Shown piece after piece: positions 27,393 to 38,025 of a stretch of DNA of 64,000 nt (positions within the stretch are counted from its first letter, which is position 1; every line of letters begins with the position of its first letter). The position numbers and the translations under genes are program-made. The notes under the pieces were generated by a model, which was not told the DNA's origin, did not search any database, and saw only the letters and a list, made by a program, of their open reading frames with translations. Location: positions 160,767-224,766 of the forward strand of contig CAWHJF010000021.1 in NCBI GenBank assembly GCA_963829575.1, given 5' to 3'. Origin of the DNA: an uncultured Sporolactobacillaceae bacterium. GTDB lineage: Bacteria > Bacillota > Bacilli > Bacillales > Sporolactobacillaceae.

Positions 27393-28373
27393 TTAGCGAC
27401 ATTCCACCATGTCATCTTCCAACAAAGAAAACAGCCTATCAAACTTTTCGATTTGATAGGCGTTTCTATGCGTTTTTTTATCTTCGCTAAATTCTCGAAA
27501 AAGCTTATTGGTTTTCTCTTGCACATCCTTACCAGTAATTGTTAAGTACGCAACGAAGATAACAATTATGAGTGTTAAAATAACACTTACTTTCTCAGTT
27601 CCATATCCTAATCCGCCAGCACTGCGATCCTTCCCAAACCAATCTGCAAATGATGCTCCTAATGGACGCGTTAAAATATAGGCAATCCAAAATGTTGCAA
27701 TTCCGTTTGCTTTGATTAGCCCAAAGCACAATCCTGGTATCGCAAATAAACAAGTAAACATGATCCCAGAGGCTAAAAATCCCATATGGAAGGTTTCAGC
27801 AGTTAAATCTCCTAATGCTGTTCCCATAGCAAATGTTGCTAGAACGGTTGCCCAATAAAAGAGTTCCCGACGTTTGGTATTGATGCTATGAATAGATAAT
27901 GTTTTCTCGGTTTTATACCACAACCGAAAAATAACAAGTAAAGCGACAAAAAAGGCAGAAGCAGATAACCAATATGGAATAAGAAGCACCACATGGGCGA
28001 CATCCGCAGCCATTGTTCCAAAAATACTGACCATACAAACCATTAACCAATAAACCCAGGGTATATAACGATTTACTTTAAATTGTAGGATTAAAGCAAC
28101 AATAAAACCTAATGTACCTAGTATTACAGCAAGATATTGATTAACATGAAACACGAGATAATCGGATGTCGCTTCCCCCATTGCCGTTGACAAAAGTTTA
28201 ATGATCCAGAAATAAATGGTGATTTCGGGGACTTTTGTAAGTAATTGTTTGGTGTTTTCAACTGAAACGCGATTATTCAAAATGATCTTTTCCTTCCTTA
28301 AAAGGTTATAAATGACCTCTAACAATTCTTTTTCTTTAATTTCCCTGACTGATAAGTAAATGTTCATACGCAA
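27393..28373 (-). CDS. Polytopic membrane protein resembling the COG4705 family (internal duplication)
   Basis: KVPEITIYFWIIKLLSTAMGEATSDYL is repeated as RELFYWATVLATFAMGTALGDLTAETF. An alternative TTG start at 28280 follows AAGGAAGGA. Confidence 0.6.
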   Translation of the reverse strand: MRMNIYLSVREIKEKELLEVIYNLLRKEKIILNNRVSVENTKQLLTKVPEITIYFWIIKLLSTAMGEATSDYLVFHVNQYLAVILGTLGFIVALILQFKVNRYIPWVYWLMVCMVSIFGTMAADVAHVVLLIPYWLSASAFFVALLVIFRLWYKTEKTLSIHSINTKRRELFYWATVLATFAMGTALGDLTAETFHMGFLASGIMFTCLFAIPGLCFGLIKANGIATFWIAYILTRPLGASFADWFGKDRSAGGLGYGTEKVSVILTLIIVIFVAYLTITGKDVQEKTNKLFREFSEDKKTHRNAYQIEKFDRLFSLLEDDMVECR

Positions 28374-28546
28374 TAGTATTAAGTTATCATTATCTAAATA
28401 GACGATGCTAGCCCAAAAAAAGTTTAAAGGAATCTTTTTTTATTTATTAGCAAATCTTTCGGAAGGTTATTGATTCTCTTGAATTTGCTACCCATCAAGA
28501 TAAGTCTAAAGGGTACCTCATTCCTTTTTTTCTTTACTATCCTCAA

Positions 28547-29692
28547 CTAGATCTGATTAATTAATTGATTCCATTCCTTGGAAGACATCATATCTAAATT
28601 CCAGATTCCCACGCCAGCCATGCGATATTTTTCGACTAGATCAAAATAGATTTGGAGAGAACGATCATTTGTCAGCCATACTTTATATCGTTTTCCATTT
28701 TTATTATAAGTTACATCGTAAGTGGCTTGTTTAGGGTCCCATGTTTCAGGACGATTCGTTTGTTTCAATAGCTTGCTCACATATTGATTTGCTAAAGCCA
28801 TGCTCGTAATCGTATTGCCACTTTGATCGACTTCCCAGATTCTTGTATATGAGGGTAATCCAATGATAAGTTTTTGAGGGGAGACACCTGTTTCAATGAG
28901 GTGTTTGACATTTCCCTCTAACCAATTAAGAGAAGTAACAGGCCCGGGTGAAGAGTCAGTGGACCAATGTTGGTCATAGCCCATAAAAACAATGTAGTCG
29001 CTATATTTGCTAAGTTGTCGATTGAAAGGAATAAGTGTTGAAGAACGATCCAGTGGTTCAGGCTGTATATCAATTGATAAAGTGATATGATTTGGAATGA
29101 TTGACTTAGATAGACTCATGACAAATTGACTGAACGCCTTACGATCGTTTAATGGAATTTGTTCTATGTCTAAATTTAATCCGTCTAAATGGTTCTGTTG
29201 AGCCCTAGTTTTAATTTCTCGAATGACTTGTTTCCAAACTTTTGAGTTCTTTAAGAATTGATGAGTTGAAGTATCTGATTGGTTCCCCAACGTAACCCTT
29301 CCCCAAACCTTTTTACCTTCTTTTTGCAGACTTGAAATAAAAGTAGGAGAACAATTAAGATGTAGATTGTAGGAACTGTTTATAGTTGCAAATAAAGGGG
29401 AAACGATTTTAAGCTTATCGTAACTTGCAAGCTGATGGTTGTTTCCGACCATCCATCCTAATGTCACCAGTTTTGAAGGAGCAATTTCTGATGGGTTCTT
29501 AGTCGTAGGTTTAGATCGATTTGCTAAATGAGATGGATCAGCTGTTTTTAAAGCCCAACTCCCATTCATACTATTAGGGTGCTGTATAAAAATAATTAAA
29601 GTTGGAATTCCAATGACCGCTATAGCGATAAGAATGATAAAAATAACCATTCGCCGAAAAAAACGTTGAATATATGATGAAAGATTGTCCAT
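28547..29692 (-). CDS. Membrane-anchored GH18-family glycosyl hydrolase (YdhD/YaaH-like)
   Basis: 381 aa with an N-terminal TM helix and a GH18 motif LDGLNLDIEQI. Confidence 0.8.
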   Translation of the reverse strand: MDNLSSYIQRFFRRMVIFIILIAIAVIGIPTLIIFIQHPNSMNGSWALKTADPSHLANRSKPTTKNPSEIAPSKLVTLGWMVGNNHQLASYDKLKIVSPLFATINSSYNLHLNCSPTFISSLQKEGKKVWGRVTLGNQSDTSTHQFLKNSKVWKQVIREIKTRAQQNHLDGLNLDIEQIPLNDRKAFSQFVMSLSKSIIPNHITLSIDIQPEPLDRSSTLIPFNRQLSKYSDYIVFMGYDQHWSTDSSPGPVTSLNWLEGNVKHLIETGVSPQKLIIGLPSYTRIWEVDQSGNTITSMALANQYVSKLLKQTNRPETWDPKQATYDVTYNKNGKRYKVWLTNDRSLQIYFDLVEKYRMAGVGIWNLDMMSSKEWNQLINQI

Positions 29693-29975
29693 TCCTTCAC
29701 TTCCTGTAGTAATTTATTATTAATTAATATATATGAGAGGAACTACAGAATAGTAGTTAAACTCTATCAAAAAATTTAATCCTTTATAAGTTTAATTCTA
29801 CTTTTAGTCATTACATATTAATTATGCTAATTTGATAGTTTAACAAAAAAAGGGATGCTAATCACTGAACAAAAAGCATACCCAAATTTTATTAATGCCG
29901 CTCATTTAATTATTCTCTTCACAAAATGAAACACTAATTGGTTGTTCAAAGTCTGTTTATGAATTTAATATGTCA

Positions 29976-30713
29976 TTATCTCGCTGTAGAAACACGTTGA
30001 CGTAATCGTTTTATTCCCTGTTCCTTCGTTTTCAACTCAACATTATCATTTAAAGAGACTAAATGGTCGTCTCCATATTTTCGTTGTAAGGCCCAACTAA
30101 TTAGTTGATCCGCAATGACTGTATTTTTTGGTAATAAGGGACCATGCATATAAGTCCCTATAAAATGCCCCTCTTGATAGCCTTCCGTCTGATCAACTTC
30201 ATTATTACCCCATCCATGATTGACCTTCCCTAACGGTTTCCCATTATGGAAAGTTTGACCAGCATGGTTTTCAAAGCCTAAAATATTTCCGAAGTCTTCT
30301 GAGTTAACTAAAATATCTCCAACTAATCGTTTATTCTTGGCTTTTGTATAATAATCAAAAAGTCCGATCCCCTTCATTTTAATTCCATCTTTTGTCTCAT
30401 AATAATGTCCCAAGAGTTGATAGCCGCCACAAATCGCTAAACAAACCACACGATCTTGAATGGCCGCTTTTATATTTTTTGAAAGAGAATGCTCAAAATA
30501 TTGACTTATTAATTGTTGTTCGCGGTCTCCCCCACCTCCGATATACAACAAATCGGCATCACCTAAAGAAGCTTGCTCCAATTGTGTAACCTCTTTTACT
30601 TTCATCTCAATTCCACGCCACTTACTTCTTTTTTCTAATACTTGAATATTTCCACGATCTCCATATAAATTTAGATGTTTTGGAAAAAAGTTATATACAA
30701 TGAGTTCTTTCAT
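29976..30713 (-). CDS. gatD: GatD-type glutamine amidotransferase (CobB/CobQ-like), partner of MurT
   Basis: The nucleophile motif LAICGGYQLLG and the C-terminal YMHGPLLPKN are present. There is a 4-nt overlap with the upstream murT-like gene. Confidence 0.8.
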   Translation of the reverse strand: MKELIVYNFFPKHLNLYGDRGNIQVLEKRSKWRGIEMKVKEVTQLEQASLGDADLLYIGGGGDREQQLISQYFEHSLSKNIKAAIQDRVVCLAICGGYQLLGHYYETKDGIKMKGIGLFDYYTKAKNKRLVGDILVNSEDFGNILGFENHAGQTFHNGKPLGKVNHGWGNNEVDQTEGYQEGHFIGTYMHGPLLPKNTVIADQLISWALQRKYGDDHLVSLNDNVELKTKEQGIKRLRQRVSTAR

Positions 30714-32032
30714 ACGGGTTGTACCTTTCTATTTAGGTCTTGTTTGGCAACATCTAGTCCTGTATAAGTCGGTAAAATATAGGTTTGAATCGGGTGCGCG
30801 AGAGCATAAGTGATCGCGTCATGTATGCTTGGAATTTCCTTAACTTTGAACGTCTCCAGTTCCGCATATTTAAGTCGAAGGACAAGTTCACTCGAACGAG
30901 TTCCTGCACAGATAATCGTTTCGATTTCGAGTCGGTTTAACGCTTCAAAATCAACATCCCATATCCAGGAAATATCCTCGCCATCGGCTATATTATCATT
31001 TAAAATAAGCAAAAGCTGTTTAGGATCGGAATCCCCCACTAGGTCATTAATTATGACATTTGTCCCTGAAGGGTTTTTGTTTAGATTTAAAGTGTAAGGA
31101 ACACCTTGGTGATAAAAGGTTTCCATCCGACCATTTTTAATGGAAAATTGGTCTAAAGCTTTCTGTATGCGATTGTAATTCATACCTGACTCATAAGCGG
31201 TTGAAATAGCCGCTAAAACATTATATATGTTAAAGCTCCCTTTTAATGGAGTTGCATAAGGAAGCCCTCCTATTTGAAAACTTAGGTTTGGACTAGTTCT
31301 GGCTTCAGTCACCTCATAATCAGGTTGTTTTCTTGTAAAACCACAATGACATTTATAATTGCCTAATTGGCCATAGTGCATATAAAGGTAGGTCATCTCA
31401 TCTCCGCAATTTGGACAATGAACCGATTCTCCTTGAGCAAAATTACTAAAATTAAGCGCACCGCTTTTCACACCGAAATACGTGTTTTCTTTCTGTAAAG
31501 AATCAAACTGCATCACAAGCGGGTCATCGGTATTTAAAATAAGTTCCGTTTTGATTGGTTTAATGGCGTTCATCATGTTTTTTATTAGAACATCTATTTC
31601 CCCGTAACGGTCTAATTGATCACGAAAAAAATTAAGAATCACAATTCGATCTGGATGAATATTATTGATGACTTGTGGTAGACTTCCTTCGTCAACTTCC
31701 AGCACAGCATAATCTGAATTCACCCTTCCTAGATAATTTGCTGCTTTAATAAGAGAAGCTGTAATACCTGTTAACATATTTGCACCTTCACTATTATGAA
31801 CAACTGATTGATTAGCTTGTTTCATCATATTCACAAGTAAATTAGTCGTGGTTGTCTTCCCATTTGTACCCGTCACAAAGAGGATGTTCTTTACGTCTAT
31901 TTTCATCATTTTCAATATCCTTGGGGTTAGTTTTAAAGCAACAGAACCTGAAATTGTAGTTCCTCTTCGACCTCCTAAACGACTAAGTAGGTAGACTGCT
32001 TTTGAGATTAAAATGGTCAATACTAAACGCAT
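30710..32032 (-). CDS. murT: MurT-type Mur ligase family protein (lipid II isoglutaminyl synthase subunit-like)
   Basis: It has the P-loop VTGTNGKTTT, the Cys4 ribbon CPNCGDEM...KCHCG typical of MurT, and a C-terminal DUF1727-like region. The ATG at 32032 has a GAGG RBS. The longer track ORF adds a low-complexity extension. Confidence 0.8.
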   Translation of the reverse strand: MRLVLTILISKAVYLLSRLGGRRGTTISGSVALKLTPRILKMMKIDVKNILFVTGTNGKTTTTNLLVNMMKQANQSVVHNSEGANMLTGITASLIKAANYLGRVNSDYAVLEVDEGSLPQVINNIHPDRIVILNFFRDQLDRYGEIDVLIKNMMNAIKPIKTELILNTDDPLVMQFDSLQKENTYFGVKSGALNFSNFAQGESVHCPNCGDEMTYLYMHYGQLGNYKCHCGFTRKQPDYEVTEARTSPNLSFQIGGLPYATPLKGSFNIYNVLAAISTAYESGMNYNRIQKALDQFSIKNGRMETFYHQGVPYTLNLNKNPSGTNVIINDLVGDSDPKQLLLILNDNIADGEDISWIWDVDFEALNRLEIETIICAGTRSSELVLRLKYAELETFKVKEIPSIHDAITYALAHPIQTYILPTYTGLDVAKQDLNRKVQPV

Positions 32033-32456
32033 ATTTCTTCGCCTCAATTCCTTAGTTCTTTGATGTTCGTCACTTTTCGCACTAGAGGAATCGTAAAGAT
32101 AAGATTTTCTTGGACTAGTATTAGTTGACGAAATTCTAGTATTAAAATTGACTGCTTGTTTTTCATAATTTTTAATCAAGTACCAAAAAACTAAGGTATT
32201 CTAATTTTTCATACACTAATAGTTTATCGATAAAAAATTATTAAAGTATAAATAACAAATTAAAAATTGATGAGAAATAAATTAAAAAACGCTCATTTAT
32301 ATATTCCTCAAATAGAACTAATCAAGAAACTTAGAATCAATTGGTTCTATTTGGTATTATTTTCAGTAAACGTACAATTATTAAAGGGAAATAATAACAC
32401 ATACATATATTTAAACCGCCCCAATATAGGACGGCTCTATGATCTAATTGATCCAA

Positions 32457-35111
32457 TTAAATTCCTCTTAAATCCTCTGTGACTTGTTTCTGAGAATAAG
32501 AGATCGACCTTGTTACTCCGATTACTGTGGAGAGAACCGCAAAAATGAGTAAGAGAGCGAGATACCCCCAAGGAATAAATAGCGTTTCAGGTGGTGGGTC
32601 AAATACGCCTTTAAGCATCTTAACTAGTAATTCTGTGACCCCAAACCCAAGTATCAAACCTATGACCCCTCCTGGTAGAAGGACCATGAAGCCCTCACTC
32701 CACAAAAACGATCCTAACTGATTGCGTTTTGCCCCAAGCGCAGTTAATAATGCAAACGTACGCCTTCTCTCATTAAATCCAAGAGCCAGAATCAAACCAG
32801 CTGTTCCAGCGACGAACAAAACCGAAAAGATCAATTCAAGTCGTGTGAGTCCATGAAGGTTAAACGCTGTAAGTCCCGAACTAATTATACTTTGGGCGGT
32901 ATTAAGATCCGTGACTTTTGCCCCTGGAATGGATGCAAGAACTTTTGAAACTTGTTTAGCGACTATTCCAGGATCTTTATTGGTTTTAATTAGTACCGTT
33001 TCGTGTGCACTCGTCCCCGTCATTTTACTAATATAAGAATCATTAGCTAAAAGAAAGGAATCACGAGGTGCTGTAGGAAATTCACGCACAACCCCTATAA
33101 AACGAAAAGGAATAACATGGTATTTATGGTCTTTTCCACTTTGTAAACGTAACCGAATCCGATCCCCTTTTTGAAGTCGGTAATCCTTTACAGTCTCCTC
33201 GGAAACCAAAACACCATCTGGAGTATTTGCTAAAAGATTCAGGGTTTTTGGTGCGTTCCCATTCTGGAAAAACGCGTTGGACATACTTGTTACTTTTGAA
33301 ATGGACTTAGGATTAATGCCATACATATCCTGTAGATCATTTCCTACAAAGGCATAGCGGTGTTGCATCGCTTCTGCCTTCACTACCCCTGGTACTTGCT
33401 GAATATTACTTAACTTAGTAGCCACTGGTGCATGTGTGGAACTTGTAACCGTCACATCGGCACCATTCGTCAGTGCCGCATCAACATGCGATTGGACATT
33501 ATAGGTTAGGTTAAATATGGAAGTTGAAACGGCAAATGAAATGGCAAGCGCAGTTAAAATAATGCCTCTTATGATCAACACACGTTGACGACTAAATGTA
33601 GCTGCCACAATGGAAGATAAGTTCTTAGAAAACGGTTTAACCAGACCTGATAAAAGTGACGTTGAGCCAAATAATCTAAATAATAGACGCATGAAAAGTA
33701 ACGATCCACCTACCCATAAGAAGAATGGGGCGATAAATGCGGTATAATCAACAGAAGTTTGGGGAACTCCCTCCGGCGCCATCACAATTTGGTAACCTGT
33801 ACTCGCAGACTTCCAAAAAAAGAGTCCGGCAATGACAAGAAAAATCACATCTAAATAAAGCTTTTGCCATAGTGGTTTTGTTACTCGGCCTAAGGGCTTC
33901 TGACTGGAAACGGTCGCATTCCTCATTTCCCGCCAAGCTGGTACAATCACCGCTGAAAGAGAAAGTATTAATCCGATTACAGCAGAAATAATCATCCAAA
34001 AGAATAGCGTTGCCCCATAGATAAGATGGGTCGTTGAGATAAGGCTTGATAGCACCCAACTTAATATAAACCCTAAACCAATTCCTCCGATTCCTATAAT
34101 TAGAGCTTCTCCAACTTGGAGAGTAAGAATTTGTTTTAATGAAGCCCCCCTTACTCGAAGCAGCCCTTGATTCATTCGGTGACGTTCACGACCGGAATTT
34201 ACTACTGCTAAAGTAAGCAAAATAGCCAAAAACGCTCCAGGTAAACCTAAGAAAAGAAAGAGCACATTCGCATATAAAGCATCCGCACGAACGCCTTCTA
34301 AACGAGCAGCGAGATTGTTTCCAATAATTCCAGAACCTGCAATGCGTGCCTCCACATTATTAGCCAACTGATTAACTTGGGTATAGGCTTTGTTAGGGCT
34401 AGAGGTCAGAGGGTGATTGATTTTGACATGCAATTGCGTATGAACCGTATCAGGCTTAGCAGATTTTTGTGGATCAAAAACCTGATGCCAAAGTGATGTC
34501 GGTAAAATCATGACATTATCTGGAGGGGCTTGTAACGTTGCGTTTGATGGTGAACCCACCTTTTGGAAAAGTGAATCAGCATTCGGTAAAGCCACTACAC
34601 CTTCTACTTTTACATCAACTGGAGTTAATCCTACTCGCTTAATGGACACGGTATCGCCAACAGAAACGTGGAGGTTGGCTGCAGTTTGTTGGGCAATCAG
34701 TACCCCTTGTTGTTTCCCAACGAGAGATTGAATCTGCCCATGGAAAAGCCTGTGATAATTGTCATCGACGCCGAGAACTTTACCTGATGCGGTGACCTGA
34801 GTAGTCGAGCCAGTCGTCGCCTGAAATCCACTGACATCAGCGAAGCCTACCGTTGAAAGGGCTTTGTAACCCGTCTCTTTCTTTACAGCTCGTACCACTT
34901 GATCCGCTTTTGACGGATCCGTGAGTAAGATTTGCCAGTCAACTGGAACATCTTTGACGGCTTTTTGGGTCATACCGGCGTCACTACTTACAATAAAACT
35001 GCCTAGTGAAGCAATCAGTGCTACGGTTAAAGAAACGCCTAAAATTGCACCAAGTAAGCGGCCATTTAAACTGATGAGTAACCCTTTCAACCAAATTAGC
35101 CAAGTCTTCAT
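32457..35111 (-). CDS. ABC transporter permease with two FtsX-type domains (MacB-like, 884 aa)
   Basis: Two 4-TM FtsX-like modules are separated by large extracytoplasmic domains. The gene is translationally coupled to two ATPase genes. Confidence 0.8.
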   Translation of the reverse strand: MKTWLIWLKGLLISLNGRLLGAILGVSLTVALIASLGSFIVSSDAGMTQKAVKDVPVDWQILLTDPSKADQVVRAVKKETGYKALSTVGFADVSGFQATTGSTTQVTASGKVLGVDDNYHRLFHGQIQSLVGKQQGVLIAQQTAANLHVSVGDTVSIKRVGLTPVDVKVEGVVALPNADSLFQKVGSPSNATLQAPPDNVMILPTSLWHQVFDPQKSAKPDTVHTQLHVKINHPLTSSPNKAYTQVNQLANNVEARIAGSGIIGNNLAARLEGVRADALYANVLFLFLGLPGAFLAILLTLAVVNSGRERHRMNQGLLRVRGASLKQILTLQVGEALIIGIGGIGLGFILSWVLSSLISTTHLIYGATLFFWMIISAVIGLILSLSAVIVPAWREMRNATVSSQKPLGRVTKPLWQKLYLDVIFLVIAGLFFWKSASTGYQIVMAPEGVPQTSVDYTAFIAPFFLWVGGSLLFMRLLFRLFGSTSLLSGLVKPFSKNLSSIVAATFSRQRVLIIRGIILTALAISFAVSTSIFNLTYNVQSHVDAALTNGADVTVTSSTHAPVATKLSNIQQVPGVVKAEAMQHRYAFVGNDLQDMYGINPKSISKVTSMSNAFFQNGNAPKTLNLLANTPDGVLVSEETVKDYRLQKGDRIRLRLQSGKDHKYHVIPFRFIGVVREFPTAPRDSFLLANDSYISKMTGTSAHETVLIKTNKDPGIVAKQVSKVLASIPGAKVTDLNTAQSIISSGLTAFNLHGLTRLELIFSVLFVAGTAGLILALGFNERRRTFALLTALGAKRNQLGSFLWSEGFMVLLPGGVIGLILGFGVTELLVKMLKGVFDPPPETLFIPWGYLALLLIFAVLSTVIGVTRSISYSQKQVTEDLRGI

Positions 35112-35824
35112 TGAGACGTCACCTCCAATCTCCCTTGTTTAATGGTCCATACCTGATCCAACTGTTTGACAACTTCATTGTCATGGGTGGCAATTACTAA
35201 GGCCATCCCCTCTTCTTCCGAGGTTTCAAGTAAGACTTTCATAAGATGTCGGGCAGTGTGATGATCTAATTGTCCAGATGGTTCATCCGCAAGAATAACC
35301 TTAGGCTTACAGACTAACGCCCTAGCTGCCGCCACACGTTGTGCCTGGCCGCCTGACAATTCTTCAGGTAGTTTATCTTTTAAATGGTCGATTTCCAGTT
35401 TCCTTAATTCATTCAAGGCAAGGTTTTCCGTTATCGCTTTTGGCTGATTCATTATTAAGAGAGGTAAGGCCACGTTCTCTATAACCGATAACGATGGAAT
35501 AAGGCTGGGCATCTGAAAAATATAGCTGATCCCCATTGGGCGAATTGGATGAATGTTGTGATTCTCAAAATAACTAAAATCAACGTGACCTTTTGATGGC
35601 TTTTCGAGCTTCCCTAAAACCTGTAAAAGCGTCGATTTCCCACTACCGGATTGCCCAACAAGGGCAATCCGATCCCCGGTTTTAATCTCACACGAAGCTG
35701 ATTCCAGGGCAACAACTTCTATTCCTCCTGCCTCATAAGTCCGGCTCACTTGTTCAGTTTTAATTAAAGTTATTTGGTTGATACCTTGCATGGTTCCTTC
35801 TGTCTTCATTACCTTTTGGCTCAT
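35108..35824 (-). CDS. ABC transporter ATP-binding protein
   Basis: Walker A (GQSGSGKST), signature (LSGGQAQR) and Walker B (ILADEP) are present. Both ends have ATGA-type overlaps. Confidence 0.9.
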   Translation of the reverse strand: MSQKVMKTEGTMQGINQITLIKTEQVSRTYEAGGIEVVALESASCEIKTGDRIALVGQSGSGKSTLLQVLGKLEKPSKGHVDFSYFENHNIHPIRPMGISYIFQMPSLIPSLSVIENVALPLLIMNQPKAITENLALNELRKLEIDHLKDKLPEELSGGQAQRVAAARALVCKPKVILADEPSGQLDHHTARHLMKVLLETSEEEGMALVIATHDNEVVKQLDQVWTIKQGRLEVTSQ

Positions 35825-36492
35825 TCAAGAACGCTCCCATCGTACAAACGGATAATCCGATCACATTGTGCTGCTAAGGTTTCACTATGTGTCGCCACAA
35901 TTGTCGCGTTTCCTGCTTTTCGTCGTTCCTCTAAAAGATTGATGATGATTTTTTCCGTTTCTTGGTCGACTTCACCTGTTGGTTCATCAGCAATGAGTAA
36001 TTTGGGAGACGTCGATAAAGCAATTGCAAGGCCCGCACGTGCAGCTTCCCCACCTGATAAGTGCTTTGGGTAAGCTTTTTTACGATGGAGAAGTCCTACC
36101 CTTTTCAATAACTCATCCAGACTTTGGTTTCCTTTTGACTTAGCGAGACTCATTTGAAGTTGGATGTTCGCCTCAACCGTTAAATGTTGAAACAAGTTTC
36201 CATTCTGCAACAAAACGCCGATTTCCGCTGATCTCATGCGTGCTCTCTGTGCTTCTGAGCGCCTTGTTAAACGCTTGCCATCTAACTCCACATACCCGCC
36301 ATCCGGTTCATCAATTCCAACTAAGCAAGACAGTAACGTGGATTTTCCACTCCCTGAAGGTCCCATGATAGAAAGGAATTCCCCTTCCTTGAGGAAAAAA
36401 CTGACCCCTCTAAGCGCCATGATTTCTTCTTCAGGAGTATGATAGAATCGATAAAGCTCATTGGCTTTTAAGAAATCCATTACTAATTCCAC
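35821..36492 (-). CDS. ABC transporter ATP-binding protein (second ATPase)
   Basis: Walker A (GPSGSGKST), signature (LSGGEAAR) and Walker B (LIADEP) are present. The start is either GTG 36492 or ATG 36480. Confidence 0.9.
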   Translation of the reverse strand: MELVMDFLKANELYRFYHTPEEEIMALRGVSFFLKEGEFLSIMGPSGSGKSTLLSCLVGIDEPDGGYVELDGKRLTRRSEAQRARMRSAEIGVLLQNGNLFQHLTVEANIQLQMSLAKSKGNQSLDELLKRVGLLHRKKAYPKHLSGGEAARAGLAIALSTSPKLLIADEPTGEVDQETEKIIINLLEERRKAGNATIVATHSETLAAQCDRIIRLYDGSVLE

Positions 36493-37121
36493 CCAAAGCT
36501 ATCTGACATCTTCTTCCATTGATCCACGTTGTCTGCACCATATGGCGCCCATAATTTCAGGACTTCAAGTTTATTATTGTTTTGATAGAGATAGGCGCTA
36601 TCCTCTAATCGAACTTGTTTTCCTGTTACCGAATTCGGATCCGAGTTTGAGCTATAAACCACTCGAATCGCTTTTCCAGAAGGAAGTTGGACTTCGGTGA
36701 CACTTTTCACCTTGACCGCTCGTTCCTGTTTCTGTAATTGAGGAATCCAATTTGTCTTCACCAAATCCGCTGAAAGATTGGATGAAAACGGGGTTAAGGA
36801 CGTGACACTAACACCATCTAATTTACTAACAAATTGGACCATGTTGCCTTTTGTTGAACGCGCCCAACCTTCTGGAACGACTAAATGATAGCCATTCTGA
36901 CTGGATTTATAGGAAATAAAAGCTTGTGAATCTGGAATATCTCCTACCGGATGTGTTTCCGGAACCACTGGTTTTTCTTTGGTTGACGAACTTTGATTCG
37001 TTGATGACGACGGGGTAGAAGGATTTGATTGGGTAGTAGTTGGCGTAGACGCACTGCCGCAAGCGACAAGTGATGCCGTTAATACAATTGAACAAGTCGT
37101 TAAAGCAATCTTATTTATCAT
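36483..37121 (-). CDS. Lipoprotein (lipobox LVACGS) with a Ser/Thr/Pro-rich linker; first gene of the ABC operon
   Basis: The signal peptide MINKIALTTCSIVLTASLVAC-G is followed by a low-complexity linker and then a roughly 150-aa globular domain of unknown family. Confidence 0.75.
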   Translation of the reverse strand: MINKIALTTCSIVLTASLVACGSASTPTTTQSNPSTPSSSTNQSSSTKEKPVVPETHPVGDIPDSQAFISYKSSQNGYHLVVPEGWARSTKGNMVQFVSKLDGVSVTSLTPFSSNLSADLVKTNWIPQLQKQERAVKVKSVTEVQLPSGKAIRVVYSSNSDPNSVTGKQVRLEDSAYLYQNNNKLEVLKLWAPYGADNVDQWKKMSDSFGWN

Positions 37122-37329
37122 GGTACATCCTCCTAGAATAGTAACTTTTGTTACGAATTAAACTTAAAAGTAACGGTTTTAACCGTTGGACAGGTTCATC
37201 TTACCTATTAAGTCTGAGAATGTAATCAAATAATAATGAGAGCTTGATGAGAAAATTCCAATAGACTTTTCATTTGTTTTTATAAGAAAGGTGTAAAATA
37301 AGAGAAAGAAAATTAAATGAGGTGTTAGT

Positions 37330-38025
37330 GTGGAACAATTAAAACTACTTCTAGCGGAAGATGAAGAACATGTTGCCACCTTTATTGAATTAGAATTAGT
37401 TCATGAAGGTTATGATGTAACAGTCGTTCATGATGGAAAACAGGCCTATATATCCTTTGATGAGAAGGTGTTCGATCTTATTTTACTCGACTGGATGCTT
37501 CCTCATTTAGATGGCTTAGAAGTCTGTCGACGGATTAGAAAAAGAAGTGACGTTCCTATCATCATCCTAACAGCTCGGGATTATTTAGGAGATAAAATTG
37601 CCGGACTTGATACTGGAGCAGATGATTATATCACCAAGCCTTTTGAAATTGAAGAATTACTTGCAAGGATACGAGCGGTCACACGTCGACAAAAAAGCCC
37701 CCTCCCACAACAAGAAGAACAATTACAAATTGTAGACTTAGAAATGAATTTACTAAGCCGAGTGGTAAATCGGGGTCAAGATGTCATTGACTTAACCCCT
37801 AGAGAATTTGACCTCCTCTATTTCCTATTAAAAAACCAGGGGATCGTTTTAAGCCGAGACAGTCTTCTCTCCAAGGTGTGGGGGTATGACTTTGATGGGG
37901 GAACGAATATTGTTGATGTGTATATTCGTTATTTGAGAAACAAGCTTGATCGAGATTATCAGGTTAAGTTGATTCATACCATACGGGGTGTTGGCTATGT
38001 CTTGAGACCGGAGACAGAGGTGTAA
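37330..38025 (+). CDS. OmpR/PhoB-family response regulator
   Basis: The receiver domain (LLLAEDEE...DLILLDWMLP) and winged-helix output (TPREFDLLYFLLKN...IHTIRGVGYVL) are present. GTG start follows GAGGTG. Confidence 0.9.
   Translation: MEQLKLLLAEDEEHVATFIELELVHEGYDVTVVHDGKQAYISFDEKVFDLILLDWMLPHLDGLEVCRRIRKRSDVPIIILTARDYLGDKIAGLDTGADDYITKPFEIEELLARIRAVTRRQKSPLPQQEEQLQIVDLEMNLLSRVVNRGQDVIDLTPREFDLLYFLLKNQGIVLSRDSLLSKVWGYDFDGGTNIVDVYIRYLRNKLDRDYQVKLIHTIRGVGYVLRPETEV

Noticed and set aside
32033-32179. N-terminal 49-aa extension of MurT in the track ORF
   Set aside because: It is a low-complexity Ser/Asn-rich sequence with no homology expectation. ATG 32032 has a proper RBS and matches the usual MurT N-terminus.
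19313-34059. Antisense or embedded ORFs inside long genes (e.g. 19313..19666, 22766..23113, 30810..31097, 33748..34059, 35774..36073)
   Set aside because: They overlap well-supported genes on the opposite strand or in another frame, and have no RBS and no recognisable motifs.
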